NCBI GenBank assembly: GCA_037917685.1
Contig: JAVCBU010000011.1
Location: 64,001-128,000, forward strand
Direction of reading: 5' to 3'
DNA: 64,000 bases
Origin: Thermoproteota archaeon
GTDB lineage: Archaea > Korarchaeota > Korarchaeia > Korarchaeales > JAOZGB01
Position 1 is the stretch's first letter. Every line of letters starts with the position of its first letter. Below are positions 19,593-29,031 of this stretch, one piece after another. Under the pieces are notes generated by a model. It was not told where the DNA came from. It saw nothing but the letters and a program-made list of their open reading frames with translations, and searched no databases. The position numbers and the translations under genes were made by a program.

Positions 19593-20264
19593 ATGGATGA
19601 ATTTAGGTATCTATTTTTCCAAAAACTTGTTAATAGCTATCCTGGAGGGATTGACTTTCTCCGGGGGACAAGCGATGGCAGGATTATTTTAAGACCGAAA
19701 AGGGGGAGAATAAGCTTTATATATGTCAGAGCCGCCGGTTTTTTAAAGGATGGAAGGGGTACAGACGGCTTTTCCCTATCCTGCCTGGTTCAGATTGGCA
19801 AGAGGAAAAGATGGGAACTGTTTGAGCTTATGCTCTCAGCCTGTAAGCTCACACATTCTGAGCAAAAATGGAAATTTGAAGAACACGAGGCTATAGGCAA
19901 GCTACTCGCTGAAGCTCTTATTAGAGGTCTGAAACCTAGAGCCTTGCATGCAGTCTTAAACATGGACTTAAACCTCATAGGGGAGATATCAAGTTATTTT
20001 ACAGCCTATAAACACTCCCTGGAGCTTCTTCCAGTCCCAGATGAGATAGCTTTCAAGCTTCCCATTGATGTAACCCCAATAGGGCTGAGCTTCGACGCTG
20101 AGAAGATATGCCGAAGCTTCGGTGAGGGGATGGTCTACTGGTCCATTCTTTTTACAAGAGTATTCCCAATGGGAAGGCCTGGAGTTAAGGAGTTTAACCG
20201 TTTCATAGATCTTGAGCTTCCCTCAACCCTTAAGGTTATTAACAGAATCGCCAGGCACCTATAA
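19593..20264 (+). CDS. Hypothetical protein (223 aa)
   Basis: Long ORF preceded by TATA-like TTTAAATA about 25 bp upstream; no motif recognised. Confidence 0.65.
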   Translation: MDEFRYLFFQKLVNSYPGGIDFLRGTSDGRIILRPKRGRISFIYVRAAGFLKDGRGTDGFSLSCLVQIGKRKRWELFELMLSACKLTHSEQKWKFEEHEAIGKLLAEALIRGLKPRALHAVLNMDLNLIGEISSYFTAYKHSLELLPVPDEIAFKLPIDVTPIGLSFDAEKICRSFGEGMVYWSILFTRVFPMGRPGVKEFNRFIDLELPSTLKVINRIARHL

Positions 20265-20303
20265 ATTTAAATTTTATCTACACATGAGTGAAATAGGATT
20301 CTC

Positions 20304-20531
20304 ATGGTTGAAGCTTATGTTCTAATATCTACCGAACCCGCTAGAACAGCCCAGATCAAATCTGAAATATTAAGGATTGAAGGGGTTAAGAGGGCGGACA
20401 TTGTAACCGGGCCTGCAGATATCGTAGTCCTACTCGAAGCCAACAACATGAGCGAACTAAGAGATATGGTTAGTGAAAGAATTAGAGGAATAGAGGGAAT
20501 ACTTAAAACTGAAACGATGGTTGTACTTTAA
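20304..20531 (+). CDS. Stand-alone Lrp/AsnC ligand-binding (RAM) domain protein
   Basis: AYVLI...GV....VTGPADIVV...IRGIEGI..TET pattern; 75 aa, no HTH. Confidence 0.88.
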   Translation: MVEAYVLISTEPARTAQIKSEILRIEGVKRADIVTGPADIVVLLEANNMSELRDMVSERIRGIEGILKTETMVVL

Positions 20532-20534
20532 GGT

Positions 20535-21179
20535 TTGAGGCGTACAACAGCTAGAACGTACATAGACAGGCTTGTAGCGTCTGAAAACGTAGACGCAGTA
20601 AATACAAGTAAAAAGTTGAAAGTAGAATACGAAAGATTCAAGTCAACTCTTAAAGTCGAGGACTTCGACAGGTTCTTAGACCTTATACTCCAAAACTCAA
20701 ATGTTATAATGAAGGCTCTCGGAGGCCTCCCCCAGCTGATAGGACAATTTAGAGCTTTCAGTCTTGAGGAGTATGTTTTAGAACTGCTTGTAAGGAGAGT
20801 TGGTGTAGAAAGGAAGTTCATCTTCTGGAATGATGACGTTGCCATATGGAAGGAAGGGGGCGAGACTTGTAAGATGAAGTTTGACATTGTAATTGGGCGT
20901 AAAATCAAGAACGAAATCCACCCAGTCTTAACAGTTGAGGCTAAAGTTGATGTTGATGCACCAAGGCTTAAAGCATCTATTTTCGAGGCTTTAATGGTTA
21001 AAAGACTGCATAAGGATTGCAAATGCCTCCTAGTATATGTTAGTTGGAACGCAGATAAGATATGGCATAGGATTGCAATGACAGGATTTGACGGGATATA
21101 CCAGTTCTACAGCTCTCAGGATGATGTTGAAAGATTCGTTAGGGACATCAAGTCTTATTCGACTGGAATTATGCTGTAA
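20535..21179 (+). CDS. Putative PD-(D/E)XK restriction-endonuclease-fold protein
   Basis: Helix E (SLEEYV), FDIVI, VEAK spacing typical of the fold. Confidence 0.6.
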   Translation: MRRTTARTYIDRLVASENVDAVNTSKKLKVEYERFKSTLKVEDFDRFLDLILQNSNVIMKALGGLPQLIGQFRAFSLEEYVLELLVRRVGVERKFIFWNDDVAIWKEGGETCKMKFDIVIGRKIKNEIHPVLTVEAKVDVDAPRLKASIFEALMVKRLHKDCKCLLVYVSWNADKIWHRIAMTGFDGIYQFYSSQDDVERFVRDIKSYSTGIML

Positions 21180-22534
21180 TTCCCGTTTTCCAAGGGTTTG
21201 ACATAATATAGTTTGGTGTAGGGCATTTCACCATAGATGACAGTAGAAGCGTTTATCTTCGTGATCTTCCAGTAACTGCTCAGCTCCGCTGTCACACCCC
21301 TTAACGGTTTAATTGAGATGTATTGTGACACTGGAAATGCAAGCTGCCTCTCAGATATTACAAGTTCAGCGAGTCTAACAATGAACTCCCTCATCTCATT
21401 TACTCCAAGCCTCCTCGAAATCAAACCAATGCATGGAAATATAACTACAAAGTTATCCTTGGAGTTTTGCTTTACACCCTCATAGGCTTGTAGGAAGTCA
21501 TGCCACGCCTCATCCAGCGAGGAGGTGGTTAGCCTCCTATAGTAGGGCTTGTCTCCTCCAACCGGAGTTATCAGGGCAACTCTCTCATTTAGGCCTTCCA
21601 CATCCTGTAACATTTTATCTATGATCTCTGTGATAGGTCCTCTTTCGTACAGTAACACGAGGCCGTATCCTGATGATACGATCTCTTTGAACATCCTTGA
21701 AAACAGGGATATGAACTCAAGCCTTATAGTCTCATCTAGAGCTATGAGATTTATGCTGCCCCTATCCCAACCCCCACCTAGCACCTCATCGAACCCTTCT
21801 ATTCTGGAGGGGACTTTGACGCTGACTTTTAGGTCGTCGGCTGAGGAGGTTGAAACCTCCTTAATACTTAAGGGTTTTAGAACCTGGAAAATCCCTCCTG
21901 TCAGGGTAAACAGGTATTTATGATAAGCAATGTTTACCCCCCTGAGCTTTGAAATCTCCATTATTCTCACTAGCCTTCCGTACAGTTCGCTCCTTTGAAG
22001 TTTTATTACTCCGTCTACAGTGTAGTCAAGGGTTGTGGTCTCTTCTGTCTCGCTTACAAATATCAGGGGTATATTTTTCTCTCCAGCCAGCCTTACCACT
22101 CTATCCTCGACGTTCATCCTTTCGTCAGGTGACAGCTGGGTTGCAACAGCTTCCCAGCTGTCAACTATTATGAGTGGGTTTTTTATCCGTGAGGCCACGT
22201 CAAAGGCATGCTCCAGCCCCCTGGCGGCTGAGGGAAGGTCAAAAAATGATATTGTTAAGGCGATATTTTCAGGTGACTCGACCCCATAGCGTCTTACATC
22301 TCTTAATGTAACGGTTTCTATTCTCTCTGCCAGATAGGGATATTGTTTGAAGAGCTTGTCAACCCCCACCCTTGTTGAAATATAGATAGGATTAAATTCG
22401 TCCTTAAAGTATTCTACTATTCCCATGGAGAAGATAGTCTTTCCAGCCCCGGGCTGGCCCTTGACAAGAAGGGTGTTCCAGCCTTTCCTAAGAAACTGAT
22501 CTAGCTCAGGTGGAATAGATGGCTTAATCATCAT
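21155..22534 (-). CDS. Second GvpD/KaiC-like RecA-superfamily ATPase
   Basis: IPPELDQFL, KGQPGAGKT, YISTR, IVDSW, LDYTVDGV, ISKLRG. Confidence 0.85.
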   Translation of the reverse strand: MMIKPSIPPELDQFLRKGWNTLLVKGQPGAGKTIFSMGIVEYFKDEFNPIYISTRVGVDKLFKQYPYLAERIETVTLRDVRRYGVESPENIALTISFFDLPSAARGLEHAFDVASRIKNPLIIVDSWEAVATQLSPDERMNVEDRVVRLAGEKNIPLIFVSETEETTTLDYTVDGVIKLQRSELYGRLVRIMEISKLRGVNIAYHKYLFTLTGGIFQVLKPLSIKEVSTSSADDLKVSVKVPSRIEGFDEVLGGGWDRGSINLIALDETIRLEFISLFSRMFKEIVSSGYGLVLLYERGPITEIIDKMLQDVEGLNERVALITPVGGDKPYYRRLTTSSLDEAWHDFLQAYEGVKQNSKDNFVVIFPCIGLISRRLGVNEMREFIVRLAELVISERQLAFPVSQYISIKPLRGVTAELSSYWKITKINASTVIYGEMPYTKLYYVKPLENGNYSIIPVE

Positions 22535-22563
22535 GTAGTAGTGTATAAACCACGTTAAAAAAT

Positions 22564-23376
22564 TTACCCATTATCGAGGCCTATGAAAATTCCTGTGAGG
22601 ATGTCTACACCTGAGGTTCCACCAGCAGCGATAAGCTTCTCAACCCATGGAGTTGGATCTTCGCTCGACATTAGCCTTACAACTTCTTGACAGTAGTATC
22701 CACATGTAGCGCAATTGATCAGGCTTCGGCTAAGCAGCGTTGTATTATATGCATATTTTAACATGTTTTCCAAGATTATTTTCCCAAGCATTGAGCCTTT
22801 ACTGTGTAAGGCAGCGGCAACCCCCATCATCATGTCATCGCAGCTTGGTGTCGACCCTTCTCCGAGACCTACCAGCGTGCTGATAGCCTGGCCCGGGTCT
22901 CCTGTTTTAAGTGAGACTACTAGATTGTCTATTCTCCTGAGGATAAAGCGTCTGTAAGGGTTTATGTTTACCTTGGCGCCTACTTTGTATTTTACATACC
23001 ATGAGAGTCCACGGTCCGTACTTTGAAGCCTTTCAAGGATAAGTCTTTTAAGCCTTTTAAGCCTTACACCGTTAGTCTTAGGCATTTTAGATCTGTCTGG
23101 AGATACTTGGACTTCCACCTCCAGGGGTGGAGCTTTAAGCAGAGAGTTTCCAACAAGGAGATAACTGGACTTAACCTTCCTCATATCATAACTCGCTGGA
23201 ATATCGCATATTATTGTTATAGGGAGGTGTAGGGTTCCCATGGCTCCTACTCCAACCAGGCGGTCTCCGCTTAGCACGTTTATGGTTCTCCTGAATTTTG
23301 AGTGAATCTTGTATACTCCTGGCTTTAGGCCTGTGCACTGTCCTCTCCATACTGCCTTATAACGGTATATTTCCAT
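22564..23376 (-). CDS. DUF2877 (AllH-like) protein
   Basis: VGLGEGSTPSCDD and GGTSGVD match the family GLGxGLTPSGDD and GHTSGxD motifs; TTLLS. Confidence 0.8.
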   Translation of the reverse strand: MEIYRYKAVWRGQCTGLKPGVYKIHSKFRRTINVLSGDRLVGVGAMGTLHLPITIICDIPASYDMRKVKSSYLLVGNSLLKAPPLEVEVQVSPDRSKMPKTNGVRLKRLKRLILERLQSTDRGLSWYVKYKVGAKVNINPYRRFILRRIDNLVVSLKTGDPGQAISTLVGLGEGSTPSCDDMMMGVAAALHSKGSMLGKIILENMLKYAYNTTLLSRSLINCATCGYYCQEVVRLMSSEDPTPWVEKLIAAGGTSGVDILTGIFIGLDNG

Positions 23377-24894
23377 GCTTCCTGTATGGTTTTTTCTCAG
23401 GCTTCTTATTTAAAAGACTCTTGAATGCTGCTACGACTAGTCTCCTCGTCTCCCCTGGTGTTATGATATCGTCCATGTATCCTCTTGAAGCAGCAACATA
23501 AGGGCTTGCAGCTTCGGCTCGGTACTTCTCTACAAATCCTTCAAAGCCTTATCCTTGTCTTCAACCTTCTCCAGAATTTTCCTGTAAATAATTCTTGCAG
23601 CTCCCTCTGGACCCATGACTGCGATCTCAGCTGTGGGCCATGCATATACTATGTCAGCTCCTAGGTGTTTGCTCCCCATCGCGATATACGCGCCGCCGTA
23701 GGCTTTTCTTAAGATCACAGTTACAAGGGGGACTGAAGCTTCAGAGTAGGCATGTATTATTTTAGCACCATGCCTAATTATTCCGCCATATTCCTGCTCG
23801 AGGCCTGGGAGAAACCAAGGGGTGTCGACGAGAGTTAATATGGGAATGTTGAAGTTGTCGCACAGCCTTACAAATCTTGAAATCTTATCTGAAGAGTTTA
23901 TGTCGAGGCAGCCAGCCTTATGTAATGGCTGGTTAGCAACAACGCCTATGGTCGCTCCTTCTATCCTTGCAAAGCCTATGACAGAGTTTAAGGCATACCC
24001 GTGCTGAAGCTCAAGGAATGATCCAGCGTCAACGATGCCCTCGACCACCTTTTTAACATCGTAGGGCTTCCTGGGATCATCTGGAACTACATCTTCGACT
24101 GTGGCGGCTGGTCCTCTAGGCTGTGTGCTTGGAGGCCTTTCCATATTGTTCTGAGGTAGATAGGACAGAAGCCTCCTTATGAGTTTAAGGCAGGCATGGT
24201 CGCTTTTAGCCGTCAAATGCACGTTTCCACCTAGACTCATCTGGACTGATGCACCGCCAAGCTCTACATGCGAGACTTTCTCGCCTGTTACGGCTTCTAT
24301 CACAGCAGGCCCCGTGATATACATGTAGGATGTGTTTTCCACCATCAGGATTAGATCTGCGAGCGCAGGACTCTACACTGCACCCCCAGCACACGGCCCA
24401 ATGATGGCTATTATTTGGGGTATGACCCCTGAGGCCTTCACGTTAAGCTTGAATATTTCTCCGTAGCCCTTGAGACTGTCAACTCCTTCCTGGATTCTAG
24501 CTCCTCCAGAGTCGTTTAGACCTATCAATGGAGCGCCTGCCTTCAGGGCTAAACTTATAATCCTACATATCTTAGCGGCATGCGCCTCTCCTAGACTGCC
24601 TCCCATGACTGTGAAGTCCTGGGTATAGACGTATACAAGTCTACCGTCTATTGTCCCATATCCTGTTACGACACCATCCGCAGGGGTATGCACACCAGAC
24701 AAGGCTTTATGCCTGCTTTCAATAAATAATCCGATCTCAACGAAGCTTCCCGGATCTAAGAGAGCCTGTATCCTCTCCCTCGCTGTGAGCTTTCCCTTAG
24801 CGTGTTGCTTCCTTATTCTCTCAGCCCCTCCACCCTCCATAGCCTCCATTCTCCTACGTTTAAGTCTTTCTATAGGGCCTACCATATTATACAC
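23357..24894 (-). pseudogene. mmdA: Acyl-CoA carboxyltransferase (methylmalonyl-CoA decarboxylase alpha-like), disrupted
   Basis: [25 protein letters not shown]-term KHGNIPL; in-frame TAG at 24373-24375 (GGAV*SPAL for GGAVYSPAL) and a frameshift near 23533. Confidence 0.9.
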
Positions 24895-25657
24895 CTTCTA
24901 GGTCTGAAATGCTAACATCCGCCGAGTTTAAAGCCACTGTTCTATCACCTACATCCAATAATAGTTCCCCATTATCCGATATACCGACGGCAAGACCTGA
25001 AACCTCCCTGCCGCCTGGCAGGTAGGCCTTAACCCTTCTCCCTAGGGTTACAGACTTATTTTTCCAGTCATCAAGGAGTCTGTCAGATTCTCCCTTTCTA
25101 ACCATGTGGTAGGCCCTATCTATCCTACTAACAAGCTCACATATAAGGAATGGAACATCCACCTTCCCTGAAAGTAGGAGTAGGGATGTTCCACCCCTGG
25201 GTGGCTTGTTCAAAACATTTATTCCCACCCCGGCAACAACATGTTCTATCTCCTTCCCACCGTGTGCTTCACATAGTATTCCGCCAAGCTTTTTACCTTC
25301 CACGAGAAGATCGTTGGGCCATTTAAGCCCAATGTTGACCTCAACTGCGTCCTCGATGCCTCTTGCAACTGCGATCCCTAGGGTTAGTGGTAGAATGCCT
25401 AGAACCTTTTTCGGAGGTCTAAGTATTATTGAAAAGTATAGTCCTCCGGGATCCGACACCCACTTTCTACCTTTCCTTCCTCTACCATGGGTCTGCCTGC
25501 CCGCAGCCACTATTACCCCCTCTTCCCAGCCTTGTGACGCCAGCCTGTGAGCTTCGTCCATAGTAGACTTAACCACTTCTAAGTATATTGTCTTTCTGCC
25601 TATCACAGTTTTCCTTGCAAGTCTCAAGCCTTTGTACCAGTCATCGAACGTTATCAT
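24887..25657 (-). CDS. birA: Biotin--protein ligase
   Basis: [29 protein letters not shown]; ATG at 25657 overlaps the upstream stop. Confidence 0.92.
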   Translation of the reverse strand: MITFDDWYKGLRLARKTVIGRKTIYLEVVKSTMDEAHRLASQGWEEGVIVAAGRQTHGRGRKGRKWVSDPGGLYFSIILRPPKKVLGILPLTLGIAVARGIEDAVEVNIGLKWPNDLLVEGKKLGGILCEAHGGKEIEHVVAGVGINVLNKPPRGGTSLLLLSGKVDVPFLICELVSRIDRAYHMVRKGESDRLLDDWKNKSVTLGRRVKAYLPGGREVSGLAVGISDNGELLLDVGDRTVALNSADVSISDLEGV

Positions 25658-26734
25658 GCGCTCACCAGCGCTGATATAAGGCTTAATAGGAGGCCTGTAG
25701 CGACAACAGAGCCCACCTGGCCACCTGTGTTTGTGGCCACAGCTACAGGAAGAAGCCAGTTGTCGTGGTTTTCCTCCCTCCCCAGCCCATGAGCCGTCCT
25801 GGCAGCCATCGGGAAAGCCGAAACTCCGCATGCGCCGACAAGCGGGTTGAAACGTCCACCGCTAAGGTAGTAGACAACCTTGCCAATAATTATGCCTGAG
25901 CCTATGGCTGACATGAAGGCTATAAGACCGTATGCGAATACTAGCAAGGTGTCAAGCTTCAAGAAGCTTTCAGCTTTGAGTGTATAGCCTATCCCGAGAC
26001 CTAGAAGCATAGTTATTATGTTTACAAGCTCGTTCTGTGCTGACTGTGACAATCTATCGGTTACACCTGTTTCCCTTAGGAGATTGCCAAACATTAGAGA
26101 GCCCATTAATGGAAGGCCTTCAGGAGCTACAAGACCCGTTAGCAGGGTTACAACTATGGGGAAGGAGACCTTAAGCCTCCATGGTACTTCAAACTCTTTA
26201 AAAGTCATCCTTACAAGCCTTTCTCTCCTACTTGTTAGAAGCTTTGAAAGGGGCCTCTGTATTATTGGCACCATTGACATGTAAGAGTATGCGCAGACTG
26301 TGACGGGGCCCAGTAGTTCCGGGGCAAGCCTGCTTGTCAGATATATTGCTGACGGCCCGTCCATAGCCCCAATAATACCTATGCTTGCGGCCTGCCCCAG
26401 GCTGAAGCCTGAGGCCAGGGCGAGGAGTATAGATATGAAAATACCCATCTGCCTCGCTGCTGCAAATACGAGTAGGCTTGGATTAGCGATTAATGGCTTA
26501 AAATCTATCATAGCTCAACTCCGATAAAGATTAAACAAGGGAAGAGGTCGTTTTCAATGCCAGCCCTATAGAATCTATTCCTCCGTGCGCTCCGGCCGCA
26601 GAGCCTGGAATATTGGCTAAGATAGCCCCAAACCCAATAGGTACAAGTAGGAGGGGCTCGTATTTCTTCCAGATACCTAGGATTACTAATGCGAGGCCAA
26701 ACAATATCATTGCGAGGCTACTCAACCACTGCAA
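25654..26734 (-). pseudogene. Na+-translocating decarboxylase beta subunit (OadB/MmdB), frameshifted
   Basis: YEPLLLVPIGFG, IGIIGAMDGP, AYSYM, GVSAFPMAAR; the missing FYRAGIENDLFPCLIFIGV segment lies in another frame between shifts near 26575 and 26516. Confidence 0.88.
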
Positions 26735-27098
26735 GAGTCTCCCCCTCTCTAACTTTAGCGCCTTCCCCTACAATCATTTTTAGAACGCCATCCCTTGGAC
26801 TGTATATCTCATTTTCCATCTTCATAGCTTCAAGTATAAGTAAAACATCCCCCTTAGCAACCTTCTCGCCCATTCTTTTCAGAACCTTTACTACGGTCCC
26901 GGACATTGGAGTCTTTATCTCACCCGGCTCTTCGACGGTGACAGGGGATATATGCCTCCTAGAAGCCGGTTTTACAGATACAGGCTTCGAAACCTCTGCT
27001 GGTTCGGCTATCGGCCTTTCTCTCTCCTCTACGGTTATTTCTTCCACCTCGACAATGAAGGTTTTACCATTTACCTTAACCTTAAATCTCCTCAGCAT
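26718..27098 (-). CDS. Biotin carboxyl carrier protein (decarboxylase gamma/MmdC-like)
   Basis: EAMKMENEI biotinylation motif; KVKVNGK.F.VEVEE N-terminus. Confidence 0.93.
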   Translation of the reverse strand: MLRRFKVKVNGKTFIVEVEEITVEERERPIAEPAEVSKPVSVKPASRRHISPVTVEEPGEIKTPMSGTVVKVLKRMGEKVAKGDVLLILEAMKMENEIYSPRDGVLKMIVGEGAKVREGETLAVVE

Positions 27099-27388
27099 TA
27101 TCTATCACCCATCTCAATCGTCACCCACGCTGGAAGTCCTGTTCCAGCTTTAATTTTTATCTTTTCAGGCTTTATCTCTTCATACATAGTCGAAATCGCC
27201 GCTATCACCGCCGCGACTTCCTCCAGGCTTTGCCTGTCTTCCTCTACCGGAATTCCGGGTTTTTCCCGGGTAATCGTTTTACCTAGAAGTTTTAGCAGTA
27301 AGGATAATGTAGCCATGACTGCAAATGTCCCTGTTACTCCATACAACAGTATTTTAAGACCGAGGTATATCTGGATCACGCTATCCAC
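27098..27388 (-). CDS. OadG/MmdD family decarboxylase membrane anchor subunit
   Basis: Single TM segment, EEVAAVIAAI motif, C-terminal W; operon position. Confidence 0.75.
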   Translation of the reverse strand: MDSVIQIYLGLKILLYGVTGTFAVMATLSLLLKLLGKTITREKPGIPVEEDRQSLEEVAAVIAAISTMYEEIKPEKIKIKAGTGLPAWVTIEMGDR

Positions 27389-27417
27389 CAGGTTAGCTGT
27401 TAGTTTTAAACTATTCT

Positions 27418-28368
27418 CTAGCTGGGCTGAGGTTCAAGCCCTACATCTACAATCCTTTTAACACCGTTCCTATATATCTCAAGCCTTAGAGTCTCACCAG
27501 CCTTCCTAAGTTTAACCATTGACTGCAGATCTTCAGCAGAGTTCAGAGGCTCTCCATCAACCCGTGTTATTATATCACCCTCCCTTAACCCTGCCTTTGA
27601 AGCTGGGCTCCCGGGGAAAACTCTCGAAACCAGCACACCCCTACTCACATGTAGGCCGTAGTAGCGGCTCATCTCCGGTTTAACCGTGATCCCGGCAAGC
27701 CCTAGCCATGAAGTTATATGCTTCCCATATTTTACAATATCACCTGCGCACCTGACAGCGTCTTCAGATGGGATTGCAAAGCCAATGCCATGCGCAAACG
27801 GTATCAAGGCTGTATTAACGCCGACAACCTTTCCGTCAAGATTTATCAGGGGGCCTCCGCTGTTCCCGGGGTTTATGGCTGCATCCGTCTGTATTAGCCC
27901 CCTCATTATGCCATACTCCGTCTTGATTGACCTTCCGAGAGCGCTGACTACGCCTAGGGTTACGGTTGGCCCCCCTGTTAGCCCGTAAGGGTTGCCGACC
28001 GCCAGTACTATCATCCCAACCTTTAATCTACTGGTGTCGTCGAAGTCAGCAGGATGAAGCCTTTCCCTTTCAACCTTGATAACCGCAATATCATGTATTT
28101 TACAGCTTCCTACGAGCCTACCCTTAGATACAGATCCATCTGTGAATGTGACAGTTATATCTCTAGCCCCATATACTACATGAGTGTTTGTAAGAATGTA
28201 ACCATCATCACTAAGCACTATACCCGACCCGACGCCTTTCACAGGTATAGGAGCAAATAGAAGGCCATAGTAGAGCCTAACAGTACTAACACTTACCACT
28301 GAGGGTTTTATTTTTGCAACAGCAGATACGATAGCATCCTGGTCCAACACGGGATGATATAGCCACAC
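27418..28368 (-). CDS. HtrA/DegP-like trypsin serine protease with one PDZ domain
   Basis: GSG, TNTHV, DIAV, IQTDAAINPGNSGGP, PDZ SPA..AGL..GD. Confidence 0.93.
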   Translation of the reverse strand: MWLYHPVLDQDAIVSAVAKIKPSVVSVSTVRLYYGLLFAPIPVKGVGSGIVLSDDGYILTNTHVVYGARDITVTFTDGSVSKGRLVGSCKIHDIAVIKVERERLHPADFDDTSRLKVGMIVLAVGNPYGLTGGPTVTLGVVSALGRSIKTEYGIMRGLIQTDAAINPGNSGGPLINLDGKVVGVNTALIPFAHGIGFAIPSEDAVRCAGDIVKYGKHITSWLGLAGITVKPEMSRYYGLHVSRGVLVSRVFPGSPASKAGLREGDIITRVDGEPLNSAEDLQSMVKLRKAGETLRLEIYRNGVKRIVDVGLEPQPS

Positions 28369-28381
28369 TTACCATATAAAG

Positions 28382-28969
28382 CTAGGAGTGTGTAAGCCTG
28401 TCTATATCTTTCAGATCTTCAGGACTGTCGATGTCAAGTAGACATGCAGGCTCTGTCTCGACAATCAGCACTTCACTCCTATGCCGTGAGACAACAGACT
28501 TCAACCCGAACGTCTCTTCTCTTATCTCTAATATTTCAGGTATGAGTATGCTACCAAATAGTATTGGATGGCCAGGCCTGCCTTTATATCCGGCAACCAC
28601 TATTGGCTTCCCAGTTGCATTATATGATTTTACAACCTTATCTATTGTATCTACTGTGATGAACGGAACGTCAGCCGGGTGGATAATCACAGCATCTGAT
28701 TCCAGGGCTCTTTCAACCCCTATCCGTACTGAGATGCTCATCCCCTCTTCGTATCTCTCGTTAAGTACGGCTTCAACATTCATTCCCTTGATCACGGCTA
28801 GAATTTCTTGAGCCTGCCATCCAACAACGACTATAACCCTGTCAACCTTTGAATCGTTAAATATTGATAAGACCCTTTCTATAATTGTCTTTCCACCTAT
28901 CTTTACCAACAGTTTGTTGCCTGGAAACCTCGTCGACTTTCCGGCGGCAAGTATCACAGCAGATATCAT
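28382..28969 (-). CDS. Molybdenum cofactor cytidylyltransferase (MocA-like)
   Basis: LAAGKSTRF..NKL, GM..S, ADVP, GHPILF, DIDSPED; divergent from XDH cluster. Confidence 0.85.
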   Translation of the reverse strand: MISAVILAAGKSTRFPGNKLLVKIGGKTIIERVLSIFNDSKVDRVIVVVGWQAQEILAVIKGMNVEAVLNERYEEGMSISVRIGVERALESDAVIIHPADVPFITVDTIDKVVKSYNATGKPIVVAGYKGRPGHPILFGSILIPEILEIREETFGLKSVVSRHRSEVLIVETEPACLLDIDSPEDLKDIDRLTHS

Positions 28970-28997
28970 GGACGCAGCCCCTAATACTGGAACCCGA

Positions 28998-29009
28998 TAT
29001 ATTTATATT
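28998..29009. promoter_or_regulatory. TATA-like element in the short divergent mocA/xdh intergenic region
   Basis: atatttatatt located roughly 25-30 bp from both start codons (28969 and 29032). Confidence 0.5.
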
Positions 29010-29031
29010 AGCCTTTTGGATTCTACTCACA

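Noticed and set aside
12042-22534. Gas vesicle or circadian clock system
   Set aside because: No gvpA or kaiB; second domains are degenerate and lack KaiC phosphosites
24373-24375. In-frame TAG as pyrrolysine or amber recoding
   Set aside because: The same gene also has a frameshift, many intact genes here end in TAG, and no pyl genes are visible; a nonsense mutation is simpler
28885-29031. N-terminal extensions in the ORF track (XDH large subunit 28885, birA 25831, hypB 17776, vapC 50095)
   Set aside because: They overlap neighbouring genes or promoters; downstream starts fit the family N-termini
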